64,000 bases of DNA from Octopus vulgaris (GCA_951406725.2 OX597817.1:169260001-169324000); one strand, 5' to 3'. Counted from the stretch's first letter, positions 11,850 through 25,812 are shown. The notes: a model not told the origin generated them from the sequence alone. Program-made: numbers and translations.

Positions 11850-14800
11850 AACACTACAACTAACACTACATCAGAACACAGAGCAGCTACACAGCAACAA
11901 CAATATGACTACTATATTTATACTATGACTCCACTTCACCACTTATACAGATATAATACACTAATGCTACACCTCAACACTGACACTATGCCACCACACC
12001 TACACTGACATTACACCACCATACCTACATTGACACTAACCACCACACCTACACTGACACTATACCAAAACACCTACACTGAAACTACACCACCACACCT
12101 ACACTGACATTAAACCACCACACCTAAACTGATGCAACACCACAACACCTACACTGACACAACACCACCACTCTTACACTGACACTACACCATAACACCT
12201 TCACTGACACTACACAACCACATCTACACTGATACTACACCACAACACCTGCACTAACAATACACTGCCAAACCTACACTGATGCTACACCACCGCACCT
12301 ACAGTGACACTACATTACAACACCTACACAGACACTACACCACCACAGCTATACTAATACTACACTACCACATCTACACTGACATTACACCATCGCACTT
12401 AGACTGACACTACAGTGCCACACATGTAGATATTACACCACTATACCTACAATGACACTAAACCACCACACCCACACTGACACTACACCACCAAACCTAC
12501 ACTGACACTGCACCACCACATCTACACTGACGTTACACCACTACAACTACATTGACACTCCACCACAAAACCTACACTGACGCTACATCACCAGATTTAC
12601 ATTAACAGTACACCACTACACCTACACCAACCTGCCTATACTCACTCTACACCACAACATCTACACTGACACTGCATCTCCACACCTACACAGACACTAT
12701 ACTGCAATACCTACACTGACAATGCACCACAACACCCACAGTAACAAGACACCGCAACACCTACAGTGACACTACACAGCAACACTTACACTGACACTAA
12801 ACCATCACAACTACACTGACACTAGACTACAATACCTACACTGACATTACACTGCCAAACCTACACAGGTAATACACCATAACTACACTGACACTACACC
12901 ACCACACCTACACTGACACAACACTGCAATATCTACACTGACACTTCACTGCCACACCTGTACTAATACTTCACCACATTACCTACATTGATATTATACC
13001 ACCAAACCTACACTGACACTACATTGCATCACCTAGACTGACACTTCATCAGTACACCTGCACTAAAACTACACCACCACATCTGCACTATCACTACACT
13101 ACCACACCTACACAGACACTACACTGCACTTCCACAACTACACTAACACTATACCATAACACCTACACTTACACTACACAACCAAACCTATACTAAAGCA
13201 TCACACCTACACAGACACTACACCACAACACTTACACTGACACTGCATCACCACACCTACACTGACACTGCATCACCACACCTACACTGACACTTCACCA
13301 TCACACACCAACACTACACTACACCACACTACATACACTGACACTACACCACCACACCTACACTGACACAACACTGTAATAACTACACTGATGCTACACC
13401 ATAATACCAACACTGACACTGAACCACCACACTGACACTAAACCACTACATCTACACTGACATGACTCTACAACACCTACAGTGACATGACACCACAACA
13501 CCTACACTGACACTATACCACCACAACTACACTGACACTAGACTACAATACCTACACAGACACTAAACCACCACAACTACACTCACACTAGACTACAATA
13601 CCAACACTGACGTTACACTACCAAACCTACACTGACAATACACTACCACACCTACACTGCCAGTAGACTGCAACAACTGCACTGACACTGCAACATCACA
13701 GTTACACTGCAATATCTACACTAACACTTCTCTACCACACCTATACTGGCACTACATCACACTACCTACACTAACATTACCCCCACCATACCAAACATAA
13801 ACCACCACACTGACACTAAACCACCATAACTATACTGAAGTACCACATCTTTACTGAACGACATCTACACTGACATGACACTACACCACCTACACTGACA
13901 CTACACTATTACACCTACACTGGCACTACACAACCACATCTACAGTGATGCTACACCACCACACCTACACTAACACTAGACTACAATACTTACACTGCCA
14001 TTACACTACCAAACCTACACTGACAATACACCGCAAGAATTACACTGGCACTACACCACCACAACTACACAGACACAACACCAGAATACATACATTGACA
14101 ATACAGCACCAATTACACTGATTATTGAAACACCACACCTACACTGACACTTAACTACCACACCTATACTGATACCTACACTGGTATTACACTACCACAC
14201 CTTTACTGACATTGCTCCGCAATATGCACATTGACACTTCAACAAAATACCTACACTGACACTACACTGCAATGCTTACACTGATATTACATTTCCACAA
14301 TTACACTGTCACTAAACCACACTACCTACAGTGACACTACACTACCTCACCTACAGTGACACTACACTGCAACACTTACACTGACACCTCACCACTACAC
14401 CTGCACAAAAACTAGATTACCACACCTGCACTAACACTAAACTACCACACCTAGACAAACACTACACTACACTTCCACAACTACACTGACACTACACCAT
14501 AACACCACAAAACCTACACTGCCAGTTCACGGCAACAACACCACTGAGACTTCACTACCACACCTATACTGATACTACACCACATTACCTACACTGATAT
14601 TATACCACCATACCTACACTGACACTACATCACCACACCTATACTGACACTATACCAGAACACCTACACTGTCACTACACAACCACACTACACTGACACT
14701 ACACCATCACACTTACACTGTTGCTACACCACCACACCTACACTGTTGCTACACCACCACACCTACACTGGCACTACACCACCACACTTACACTACACTG

Positions 14801-16510
14801 CACTACCTACACTGACATTACTCCACCACACCTAACATAAACCACCACAACAACCCTAACCCTAACCACACCTATACTGAACCACCACACCTACAATGAC
14901 ACTATGCCCCAACACCTACACTGACACTAAACCACCACACCTACATTGACACTACACCACAACACCTACACTGACACTACATCACTACACCTGCATTGAC
15001 ACTGCATCTCCACACCTACACTGAAATTACTCCACCACACCTAAAATGACACTACATCACACTATGTACACTGACACTACAACACCATACCTACACTGAC
15101 ATGTCACCACCACACCTACACTGACACTACCCTGCAATAACTACACTGATGCTGCACCACAACACCTACACTGACTCTACTCCCTAATATGTACATTGCC
15201 CTTCACCACCATACATATACTACAACACCTACATTGATACTACACTTCCGCAACTACACTGACACTACACCACCACACCTAGACTGACACTGCACTTTCA
15301 CAACTACACTAAAACTACACTACCACTCCTACACTTACACTACACCACCACACCTAGACTAACTCTACACCAGCACCACCATACTGACACTACACTACAC
15401 TATCTACACTGAGAGTATACCACCACAACTACACTGATGCTATAACAAAACACCTACACTGACATGCCTATACTCACACTACACCACACCTACACTGACA
15501 CAACACCATCACACCTACACTGACACCACACCACACTACGTACACTGACACTACACCACCCACCCACACTGACATGTCACTACCACACCTACACTGATAC
15601 TACACTGCAATACCCACAAACAGTAAACCACCACAAATACACTGACACTAACTACACTACCACACCTTCACTGACAATACACTGCAACAACTACACTGAC
15701 AATACACTACATTACACCACCACACCTACACTGGCACTACACCACAATACATACATTGACAGTACACCAAGGCAGTTACACTAACACTACACTGCCGATA
15801 CAAAATCATATCTACACTACTACACCTACACTGCCAGTACACCACCACACCTACACTTAAACTACACCACCACACCCGCACTAACACTTCACTACCACAC
15901 CTACAATGACACTGCACTGAAATTCCTACATTCCTACACTGACACTACACCACTGCACCTACACTTACACTACACTGCAATACCTACAGTGACACTAATT
16001 CACCACACCTACACTACACCGTACACCCACACTGACACTACACCTACACTGAAACTACACCACCACACCTACACTAACACTATAGCACCACAGCTGCACT
16101 AAAACTACAGCACCACACCTTCACTGGCAGTAGACCACCACAGCTACACTGACGTTACACCACCACACCTACACTGCCAATAAACCACCACACCTACTCT
16201 GACAGTAAACCACCACACCTACACTGACATTACAGCACCACACCTACACTGACACTACAACACCACACCTACATTGAGATTACACCACAACACCTACACT
16301 AAGACTACACCACCAAACCTACATTAATAGCACACTACTACACCTTTACTGACACCACACCCACAACTATACTAACGCTACACCACCACACCTGCACTAA
16401 CACTACATCACCAGAAATATACTGACACTACACCACCACCCCTACACTAACACTACACCACTCCACCTACACCACTACACTACACTAACACTACTACCCC
16501 TACACCACAG
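11850..16510. repeat. Diverged 25-bp tandem satellite, consensus ACACCTACACTGACACTACACCACC, ~4.6 kb
   Basis: Periodic CTACACTGACACTACAC core; strong C/A strand skew. Confidence 0.92.
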
Positions 16511-17326
16511 ACATTCTTGCACCTAATATGTGTGCATGAGTGCGGTGCATACGTGTGTGTTTACATTTGTTGTTAAATCGAGTATTGTGTCCCATTATGT
16601 CTCAAAGTTCAAGTACAGATCTATAAAATAAATGCCAGATTGAAATAAGTACCCAGGTGAGTATGATCGATTGAATTTTTGAAGGTGATACTCCATCATG
16701 GCAGCAGTTGAAAGACTAAACCCAATAAAACAATGTCTAAAAACTTAATGGCTTCAAATTTAAAGTAATGGATTACTAACCACAAGATAATGAGTTCAAA
16801 ACTTTGTATTGAACTTCCACTCTATACGATAACACTATATGTATATCTCAGTCTACTGGACTTCCAACAATTAACAATTGTAATTTGAAGTTCAATGGTT
16901 AACAGTAAGAAAGATGTCCAGATTTCTTAAAACATTATTGTGCAAAATATTCTGAGAAAAAAGTATTTTTCACCACAACAAAACACACACACACACACAC
17001 ATACACTGGTGTTTCTGTGGTAATGTGAGCTAATGCAAATAGCAGCCAAATCTCTCTTAAAACACACCTTTCATCAAAAGAAATATAGTTTTACAGTATT
17101 TCAGGAAAAAAAAAAAACGTAGCGATGGGTCTGCTACATCAGAGGCCATTCTGGGCCAAACAAATCACAGACAAACATACTTCACATTAAAAAATTATGT
17201 ACTAAATTATACTAATGAAGTTGACAGTGTATCTTGGAAGTTTCATTCCCTGGTAAAACTCCATGTATTTTAAACATTTTCACATTATACCCCATGTAAG
17301 ACATATTGTTCAAGCAGAGTTGCCTC

Positions 17327-17506
17327 CCTTAGCTAAAAACCTCAAAATTGTGCGACCCGACCTTATTTTCGAGGTTATTTTTGTAGTAAAAAAGAGTTGC
17401 TGCGCAAAAAACATTCTTTATTTGGTAGCCGAAAGATTACTGAATCTTTTGATATCTCATACGTCAAAATCGGCAACTCAGTTTTCGAATCCATAAGAAA
17501 CATACG

Positions 17507-17542
<36 letters not shown>

Positions 17543-17575
17543 TACACACACAAACTTAGTTTTATATATTAAGAT
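17327..17575 (+). mobile_element. Dispersed repeat copy 1 with a Helentron/HINE-like 3' end
   Basis: Near-identical to 18218-18471; ends (CT)n(CA)n AACTTAGTTTTATATATTAAGAT. Confidence 0.6.
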
Positions 17576-17873
17576 ATATAAATTGTGCACATTTTCTTTT
17601 TTATTATATATATTTTCACCTCGTGGGGAAAATCTCTTCAACGAAATTCGTTTTTACTATGTGTGTATGTGTGTACGTATGTGTGTGCGTATTTGCGCTT
17701 CTGTAACTTCGCGGTTCGACAAAAGAGACCGATAGAATAAGTATCAGGTTTATCAAAAAATAAGTTGAAGGGTCGATTCATTCGATTAAAAAATTCCTCA
17801 AGGCGGTACCCCAGAATGGCCGCAGTCTAATTAGTGAAACAAATAGAAGATAGAGAATAAAAGACAGAGATGT

Positions 17874-17936
<63 letters not shown>

Positions 17937-18217
17937 TGGAGAGATTGAAGTAGAGAGACATTACAAAGGCTGACATGAACTTTTCCTCTCTTCATATGCA
18001 TAAAGAGAAATATGCTCACATATATAAACAGAGGAAGGTGGGGGTAGAGAGAAAGGGGGAGGACAATGAGAGAAATGTCAATGCAGCTGATGTTAAATGA
18101 ATCAGCGACATCAAATAAGCAGCACCGAAACGGCTGTGCCAAAACGTCTCATACCCGAGCAATGTAAACAACTTGCGTCAACCAAAGATAGTTTAAGCAC
18201 GAGGAGTGAAGCGACAT

Positions 18218-18396
18218 CCTTAGCTAAAAACCTCAAAATTGTGCAACCTGACCTTATTTTCGAGGTTATTTTTGTAGTAAAAAAGAGTTGCTGCGCAAAA
18301 AAACATTCTTTATTTGGTAGCCGAAAGATTATTGAATCTTTTGATATCTCATACGTCAAAATCGGCAACTCAGTTTTCGAATCCATAAGAAACATA

Positions 18397-18440
<44 letters not shown>

Positions 18441-18471
18441 TACACACAAACTTAGTTTTATATATTAAGAT
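18218..18471 (+). mobile_element. Dispersed repeat copy 2 with a Helentron/HINE-like 3' end
   Basis: Direct repeat of 17327-17575. Confidence 0.6.
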
Positions 18472-18551
18472 AGACGTGTCTATTAATTGGTTTAGCAATC
18501 AACCGTAGCAATGTCTTTTGGGTTAGTTTGCAGCTGAATAGAGAAGATTAA

Positions 18552-18770
18552 CCCTTTAGTGTTCAGATTATTCTATCAAACATAATGCCTATTGGTTCAC
18601 ATTGATTTGAATTAATCATGCATTATCTCATATCTTCAAGATCTTGATGGTGTAATTACTTAATGTAGAATAACATTGTAGGGTAGGTGTGAGAGCCTGG
18701 ATCTGGTCAGTTTGAACATAAAACAGATTAAATATTTTGGCTGGATATGGCCGGTTTAAATACTAAAGGG
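18552..18770 (+). mobile_element. piggyBac-type MITE
   Basis: TTAA TSD on both sides; TIR CCCTTTAG...CTAAAGGG; second copy inverted at 48630-48849. Confidence 0.88.
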
Positions 18771-18954
18771 TTAAAGGCAAATTTCAAATTTAAATATTCA
18801 TCACACACACACACACACGTGTAACAGATGCAACCTTTGGTATCTGTTACAACTGGTCCAAGCAGTAACTTTACTACACTTTTCAGCTACGCTCATGGTT
18901 GATCTCTCAAATGTTGGTACGAGAAGCCACCCTCGCCACAGAAACCACGAACGT

Positions 18955-19367
18955 ATACTCTTACTCTTTTACTTGTTTCAGTCATTTGACTGCGGCCATG
19001 CTGGAGCACCGCCTTTTTTTAGTCGAGCAAATCGACCCCGGGACTTATTCTTTGTAAGCCCAGTACTTGTTCTATCGGTCTCTTTTGCTGAACCGCTAAG
19101 TGACGGGGACGTAAACACACCAGCATCTGTTGTCAAGCAATGCTAGGGGGACAAACACAGACACACAAACACATACATATATATATATATAGACATACAT
19201 ATATACGACAGGCTTCTTTCAGTTTCCGTCTACCAAATCCACTCACAAGGCATTGGTCGGCCCGGGGCTATAGCAGAAGACACTTGCCCAAGGTTCCACG
19301 CAGTGGGACTGAACCCGGAACCATGTGGTTGGTTAGCAAGCTACTTACCACACAGCCACTCCTGCGT
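18955..19367 (-). mobile_element. SINE family A
   Basis: Reverse complement of 446-860. Confidence 0.9.
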
Positions 19368-19609
19368 ATGAAGTGGTATCTGCTTGCATGGATTTCTTAT
19401 TTTTTTCTTTGCCATCTCGACTGGAGAGCTGTAATTATCATCCGTTCCACTACAAAAACATCCTCGTTGATTGCTGTCCTCCAAGCTGTTCCATCATTAG
19501 CATCACACCCTTATTTTCGCGTAACTTGTACCGCCCTATCTACTTACACAAACACACATGTACAGACTGTTGAACGCACACATACATACATAGATACATA
19601 CATACATAC

Positions 19610-19770
19610 TCGTGGAGTGGTTGGCGTTACGAAGGGCATCCAGCTGTAGAAACACTGCCAGATCAGACTGGAGCCTGGTGCAGCCCCTGGCTTCCCAGAC
19701 CCCGGTCGAACCGTCCAACCTGTGCTAGCGCGGAAAACGGACATTAAACGATGATGATGATGATGATGAT
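19610..19770 (+). mobile_element. Family G 3' part with (GAT)n tail
   Basis: GGAGTGGTTGGCGTTACGAAGGGCATCCAGC...AAACGATGATGATG. Confidence 0.8.
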
Positions 19771-21045
19771 ACATACATACATACAAACATACATACAAAC
19801 ATGCATACATACATACATACAAACATGCATACATACATACAAACATGCATACAAACATACATACATACATGCATACATACATACATACATACATGCATAC
19901 ATACATACATACATACATACATACATACATACAAACATACATACATACATACATACATACATACATACATACATACATACATGCATACATACATACATAC
20001 ATACATACATACATACATACATACAAACATACATACATACATGCATACATACATACATCATACATACAAACATACATACATACATACAAACATACATACA
20101 TACATACATACATACATACATACATAGGAGCACTCTGTCGGTTACGACGACGAGGGTCCCAGCTGATACGATCAACGGAACAGCTTGCTCGTGAAACTAA
20201 CGTGCAAGTGGCTGAGCACTCCACAGACACGAGTACCCTTAACGTAGTTCTCAGGGAGATTCAGCGTGACACAGAGTGTGACAAGGCCGGCCCTTTGAAA
20301 TACAGGTACAACTCATTTTTGCCAGCTGAGTGGACTGGAGCAACGTGAAATAAAGTGTCTCGCTCAAGGACACAACGCGTCTCCGGGAATTGAACTCAAG
20401 ACCTTACAATCGTCAGCCGAATGCCCTAACCACTAAGCCATGCGCCCTCACACATACATACATACATATATACATACATACATACATACATACATACACA
20501 CACACATACATACATGCATGCATGCATACATACATATACACTCATATACACACATGCATACATACATACATACATACGTACATAATACATACATACATAC
20601 ATACGTACATACATACATACATACATGCATACATACATACATACATACATACATACATACATACATACATACGTACGTACATACATACATACATACATAC
20701 ATACGTACATACATACATACATACGTACATACATACATGCATGCATACATACATACATATATACATACATACGTACATACATACATGCATGCATACATAC
20801 ATACATACGTACATACATACATGCATGCATACATGCATACATACATACATACATACATACGTACATACATGCATGCATACATGCATACATACATACATAC
20901 ATACATACATACGTACATACATGCATGCATACATGCATACATACATACATACATACATACATACATACGTACATACATACATGCATACATGCATACATAC
21001 ATACATGCATACATTCATACATACATACATACATACATACATACA

Positions 21046-21076
<31 letters not shown>
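19770..21076. repeat. Two (CATA)n tracts (19770-20126, 20449-21076) flanking a SINE
   Basis: Directly visible. Confidence 0.95.
20127..20449 (-). mobile_element. SINE with a D-type tRNA head and a C-type 3' body
   Basis: Head resembles 43664-43810; 3' ~185 bp match the family C tail (TACCTGTATTTCAAAGGGCC...CGTAACCGAC). Confidence 0.85.
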
Positions 21077-21471
21077 GCATTAATCTTTGAATAGACGCTA
21101 AGCCATTTAACAAACAATAGTAGAAACTTGGAGAAGTCATGAACGTTTCAATCATTATTAATTAAATAGATATTGCTATAAACAAAGTCTAGTAAGAGAA
21201 AAGATAGGCCAAGGAGGACCGACAAATACCTAAAATTATTAACTGCTGAACGTGAAGAAAAACTACGGAAAGAACAGAGCAAGATAAGATAACTAAATAA
21301 ATAAATAATTAAAAAATAAAAATAAAAAGCTTCAGAATTAGCCTTTGAAGCTTATTGTTGTTAGACTATCCTAGATTCACAAGCGTTTGAAAATTCTTTA
21401 GCTAATAGGAAAAGAATAGCTGCTTAGCAATGATCAAAATAACACTAAATCAGAGAAGAGAAACAGCAGAA

Positions 21472-22380
21472 AGGCAGCGATCTGGCAGAATCGGTAGCAC
21501 GCCGGGCGAAATGCTGAGCGGTATTTCGTCCGCCGCTACGTTCTGAGTTCAAATTTCACCGAGATCGACTTTGCCTTTCATCCTTTCGGGGTCGATTAAA
21601 TAAGTACCAGTTACACACTGGGATCGATATAATCGACTTAATACCTATGTCTGTCCTTGTTTGTCCCCTCTGTGTTTAGCCCCTTGTGGGTAATAAAGAA
21701 ATAAGTATTTTGTCTGCCGTTACGTTCTGAGTTCAAATTCCGCCGAGGTCGACTTTGCCTTTCATCCTTAGTACCAGTTATGCACTGGGGTCGATGTAAT
21801 CGACTTAATACCTATGTCTGTCCTTGTTTGTCCTCTCTATGTTTAGCCCCTTGTGGGTAATAAAGAAATAGGTATTTTGTCTGCCGTTACGTTCTGAGTT
21901 CAAATTCCGCCAAGGTCGACTTTGCCTTTCATCCTTAGTACCAGTTACGTACTGGGGTCGATGTAATCGACTTAATACCTATGTCTGTCCTTGTTTGTCC
22001 TCTCTATGTTTAGCCCCTTGTGGGTAATAAAGAAATAGGTATTTTGTCTGCCGTTACGTTCTGAGTTCAAATTCCGCCAAGGTCGACTTTGACTTTCATC
22101 CTTAGTACCAGTTACGTACTGGGGTCGATGCAATCGACTTAATCCGTTTGTCTGTCCTTGTTTGTCCCCTCTGTGTTTGGCCCCTTGTGGGTAATGAAGA
22201 AATAGGTATTTCGTCTGCCGCTACGTTCTGAGTTCAAATTCCGCCGAGGTCGACTTTGCCTTTCATCCTTTCGGGGTCGATTAAATAAGTACCAATTACG
22301 CACTGGGGGCGATATAATCGACTTAATTCGTTCGTCTGTCCTTTCTGTGTTTAGCCTCTTGTGGGCAGTAATGAAATAAG
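21472..22380 (+). mobile_element. SINE family B pentamer (one head plus 5 cores in tandem)
   Basis: Head GGCAGCGATCTGGCAGAATCGGTAGC, then repeated GTATTT.GTCTGCCG...GAGTTCAAATTCC...GCCCCTTGTGGGTAATAAAGAAATA units. Confidence 0.9.
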
Positions 22381-22479
22381 AAGCAGCACAAAGCGTCAAG
22401 TATTACATATATCTATGAACCAGTCTTCTACCTACATTTAGAAATCATGAACAATATACAACCAAAACTCTTAAAGTTT

Positions 22480-24200
22480 CTTATTTCTTTACTACCCACA
22501 AGGGGCTAAACACAGAGGGGATAAACAAGGACAGACAAACGGATTAAGTCGATTATATCGAACCCAGTGCGTAACTGGTACTTATTTAATCGACCCCGAA
22601 AGGCTGAAAGGAAAAGTCGACCTCGGCGGAATTTGAACTCAGAACGTAATGGCGGACGAAATACCTATTTCTTTACTACCCACAAGGGGCTAAACACAGA
22701 GGGGATAAACAAGGACAGACAAACGGATTAAGTCGATTATATCGATCCCCAGTGCGTAACTGGTACTTATTTAATCGACCCCGAAAGGCTGAAAGGAAAA
22801 GTCGACCTCGGCGGAATTTGAACTCAGAACGTAACGGCGGACGAAATACCTATTTCTTTACTACCCACAAGGGGCTAAACACAGAGGGGATAAACAAGGA
22901 CAGACAAACGGATTAAGTCGATTATATCGATCCCCAGTGCGTAACTGGTACTTATTTAATCGACCCCGAAAGGATGAAAGGCAAAGTCGACCTCGGCGGA
23001 ATTTGAACTCAGAACGTAACGGCAGACGAAATACCTATTTCTTTACTACCCACAAGGGGCTAAACACAGAGGGGATAAACAAGGACAGACAAACGGATTA
23101 AGTCGATTATATCGATCCCCAGTGCGTAACTGGTACTTATTTAATCGACCCCGAAAGGCTGAAAGGAAAAGTCGACCTCGGCGGAATTTGAACTCAGAAC
23201 GTAACGGCGGACGAAATACCTATTTCTTTACTACCCACAAGGGGCTAAACACAGAGGGGATAAACAAGGACAGACAAACGGATTAAGTCGATTATATCGA
23301 TCCCCAGTGCGTAACTGGTACTTATTTAATCGACCCCGAAAGGATGAAAGGAAAAGTCGACCTCGGCGGAATTTGAACTCAGAACGTAACGGCAGACGAA
23401 ATACCTATTTTTTAACTACCCACAAGGGGCTAAACACAGAGGGGATAAACAAGGACAGACAAACGGATTAAGTCGATTATATCGATCCCCAGTGCGTAAC
23501 TGGTACTTAATTAATCGACCCCGAAAGGATGAAAGGCAAAGTCGACCTCGGCGGAATTTGAACTCAGAACGTAACGGCAGACGAAATACCTATTTTTTAA
23601 CTACCCACAAGGGGCTAAACACAGAGGGGATAAACAAGGACAGACAAACGGATTAAGTCGATTATATCGATCCCCAGTGCGTAACTGGTACTTAATTAAT
23701 CGACCCCGAAAGGATGAAAGGCAAAGTCGACCTCGGCGGAATTTGAACTCAGAACGTAACGGCAGACGAAATACCTATTTTTTAACTACCCACAAGGGGC
23801 TAAACACAGAGGGGATAAACAAGGACAGACAAACGGATTAAGTCGATTATATCGATCCCCAGTGCGTAACTGGTACTTAATTAATCGACCCCGAAAGGAT
23901 GAAAGGCAAAGTCGACCTCGGCGGAATTTGAACTCAGAACGTAACGGCAGACGAAATACCTATTTTTTAACTACCCACAAGGGGCTAAACACAGAGGGGA
24001 TAAACAAGGACAGACAAACGGATTAAGTCGATTATATCGATCCCCAGTGCGTAACTGGTACTTATTTAATCGACCCCGAAAGGCTGAAAGGCAAAGTCGA
24101 CCTCAGCGGAATTTGAACTCAGAACGTAGGGGCAGATGAAATACCTATTTCTTAACTACCCACAAGGGGCTAAACACAGAGGGGACAAACAATGACAAAC
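22480..24200 (-). repeat. Tandem array of family B SINE cores: 9 full 184-185-bp units plus a partial unit
   Basis: CTACCCACAAGGGG recurs at 22492, 22676, 22861, 23046, 23231, 23416, 23601, 23786, 23971, 24155. Confidence 0.95.
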
Positions 24201-24238
24201 ACAAGTATAATAATAACCATTATTAAATTTATTCATCA

Positions 24239-24457
24239 AGACGGCGAGATGGCAGAATTGTTAGCACGCAGGGCAGAATGCTTCATGGCATTTCGTTCGT
24301 CTTTACGTTCTGAGTTCAAATTCCGTCGAAGCCGACTTTGCCTTTTATCGACCTTTCGGGGTCGATAAAATAAGTACGAATTGAACACAGGGGGCAATGT
24401 AATCAACTTACCTCCCACCCACGAAATTGCTTGCCTTGTGCCAAAATTTGAAATCAT
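24239..24457 (+). mobile_element. Older monomeric family B SINE
   Basis: Head and core as family B; different tail CCTTGTGCCAAAATTTGAAATC. Confidence 0.8.
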
Positions 24458-24586
24458 TACATTTATATATCAATCAAATCGGATAAAAATAATGAAAAAC
24501 TAGTGTTGCAAATCAGTCCAAAAATTTTTCTATAGTCGTTCCTTTTGGCGATTAATGTTTTCAAGAGGATGTTCAAAGCGTTTTCA

Positions 24587-24798
24587 GGCGATCTTTCGGT
24601 ACAAGATCCATAACTGCTACGTCTGTTTGTTTACATTTGAAGAAGATCGTCACTCTCCGTAAAGTTTTTTTTTTTTATATATATGTGGGGGTTAGGGTTA
24701 GGGGTGGGGGGAAAAGCGTTTCTTTTTTCTTCAGAAATGTAAATAGACCCACGTGGGTTTATAGTTGGCAGTTATGGTACTTGTACCGAAAGATCGCC
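24587..24798. mobile_element. MITE with GGCGATCTTTCG TIRs
   Basis: GGCGATCTTTCGGTACAAG / CTTGTACCGAAAGATCGCC; internal GGGTTAGGGTTAGGG; no TSD seen. Confidence 0.8.
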
Positions 24799-25371
24799 CC
24801 CTGCACTAAATCCTTTTGTTGTTTCCCCTTTCCAAGAAAAGCAATTCTTTGGGATTCCCATCCCAGCCAAGTTTTCCATGCAGACAACACCCTATAAACT
24901 GTGTCAATTTCGCACACAAAACACTACATTATACTATGATGCATCGAAGACGTGAGAGTGCCACAGTTGCTGTTCTTCTGGACTTGTTAATGTATATTCC
25001 ATTACAGAGTTTGGGGCCCGTGAAACCACTGATGCCGTGGATATTTCTGTTGTTATGTGTGCCTTATGATTGTCTAGTCTGAGGGAGAGAGATATTAACT
25101 TTAAGGTGTTCTCGTTGTTCTGTGTGCTGTTACATGTGTCTGAGTATTTGAAGGTAGGGGTCATTCATGTATTAGCAAAGAATGTGAGGTTTGAAGCTTG
25201 GCGACCTCTACCAGTGATGCAGCATGGAGTTTTGATCACCCAGAGAAGTAACTAAACAGAAAGCCCCCTTCATACCTTCGACTATAGCATGTCACACTAT
25301 GCAGTTTTTCAACCCTCAAGAAATTGACTCTAAATTTTCCTCAAATGCTATTCAACAGTCTTAAAAAGGGT

Positions 25372-25812
25372 GGATCTTTTCGGTTTGAACGGCAGTTTTT
25401 TCTAGCGGTGTCATATGAAATTGTCACCCATAATTATGACCCTAGTATCGATCTATTGCATTTCAATCTGAATTAGGGTTAGGGTTAGTTAGGTTTGGTT
25501 AGGGTTGGGGTGGGGGGAAGGGTATCTTTTTTTTTAAGAAATGTAAATAAACCCAATCTGTTTCTTAAACGAGGGACATATTCATACGGCACAGAATGTT
25601 TTCACCTCAACAGACGGTCATTGATTGGTTGAAATTGCAGAAATAGAAGAAGAAAAAAAACCCAACAAATATCTTACAAACTATAGAATTTTCTCAATAA
25701 AGCCAAGAGAAAAAGATGTTTTATAAACACATTCTACCAGTATACGAAGTTTAAAAGTGTTTAGTTACGTGGAAATTATTTTAAAAAACTGCCGGTCAAA
25801 CCGAAAAGATCC
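25372..25812. mobile_element. Merlin-like MITE
   Basis: TIR GGATCTTTTCGGTTTGA.CGGCAGTTTTT; 8-bp TSD AAAAGGGT / AAAAGGGC; internal TTAGGG units. Confidence 0.8.

Noticed and set aside
14852-14867. Telomere or chromosome-fusion scar
   Set aside because: Fewer than three units embedded in a C/A-rich satellite.
22480-24200. CRISPR-like array or ribozyme-bearing retrozyme
   Set aside because: Units are identical end to end with no unique spacers; no CUGANGA core with correct pairing found on either strand.
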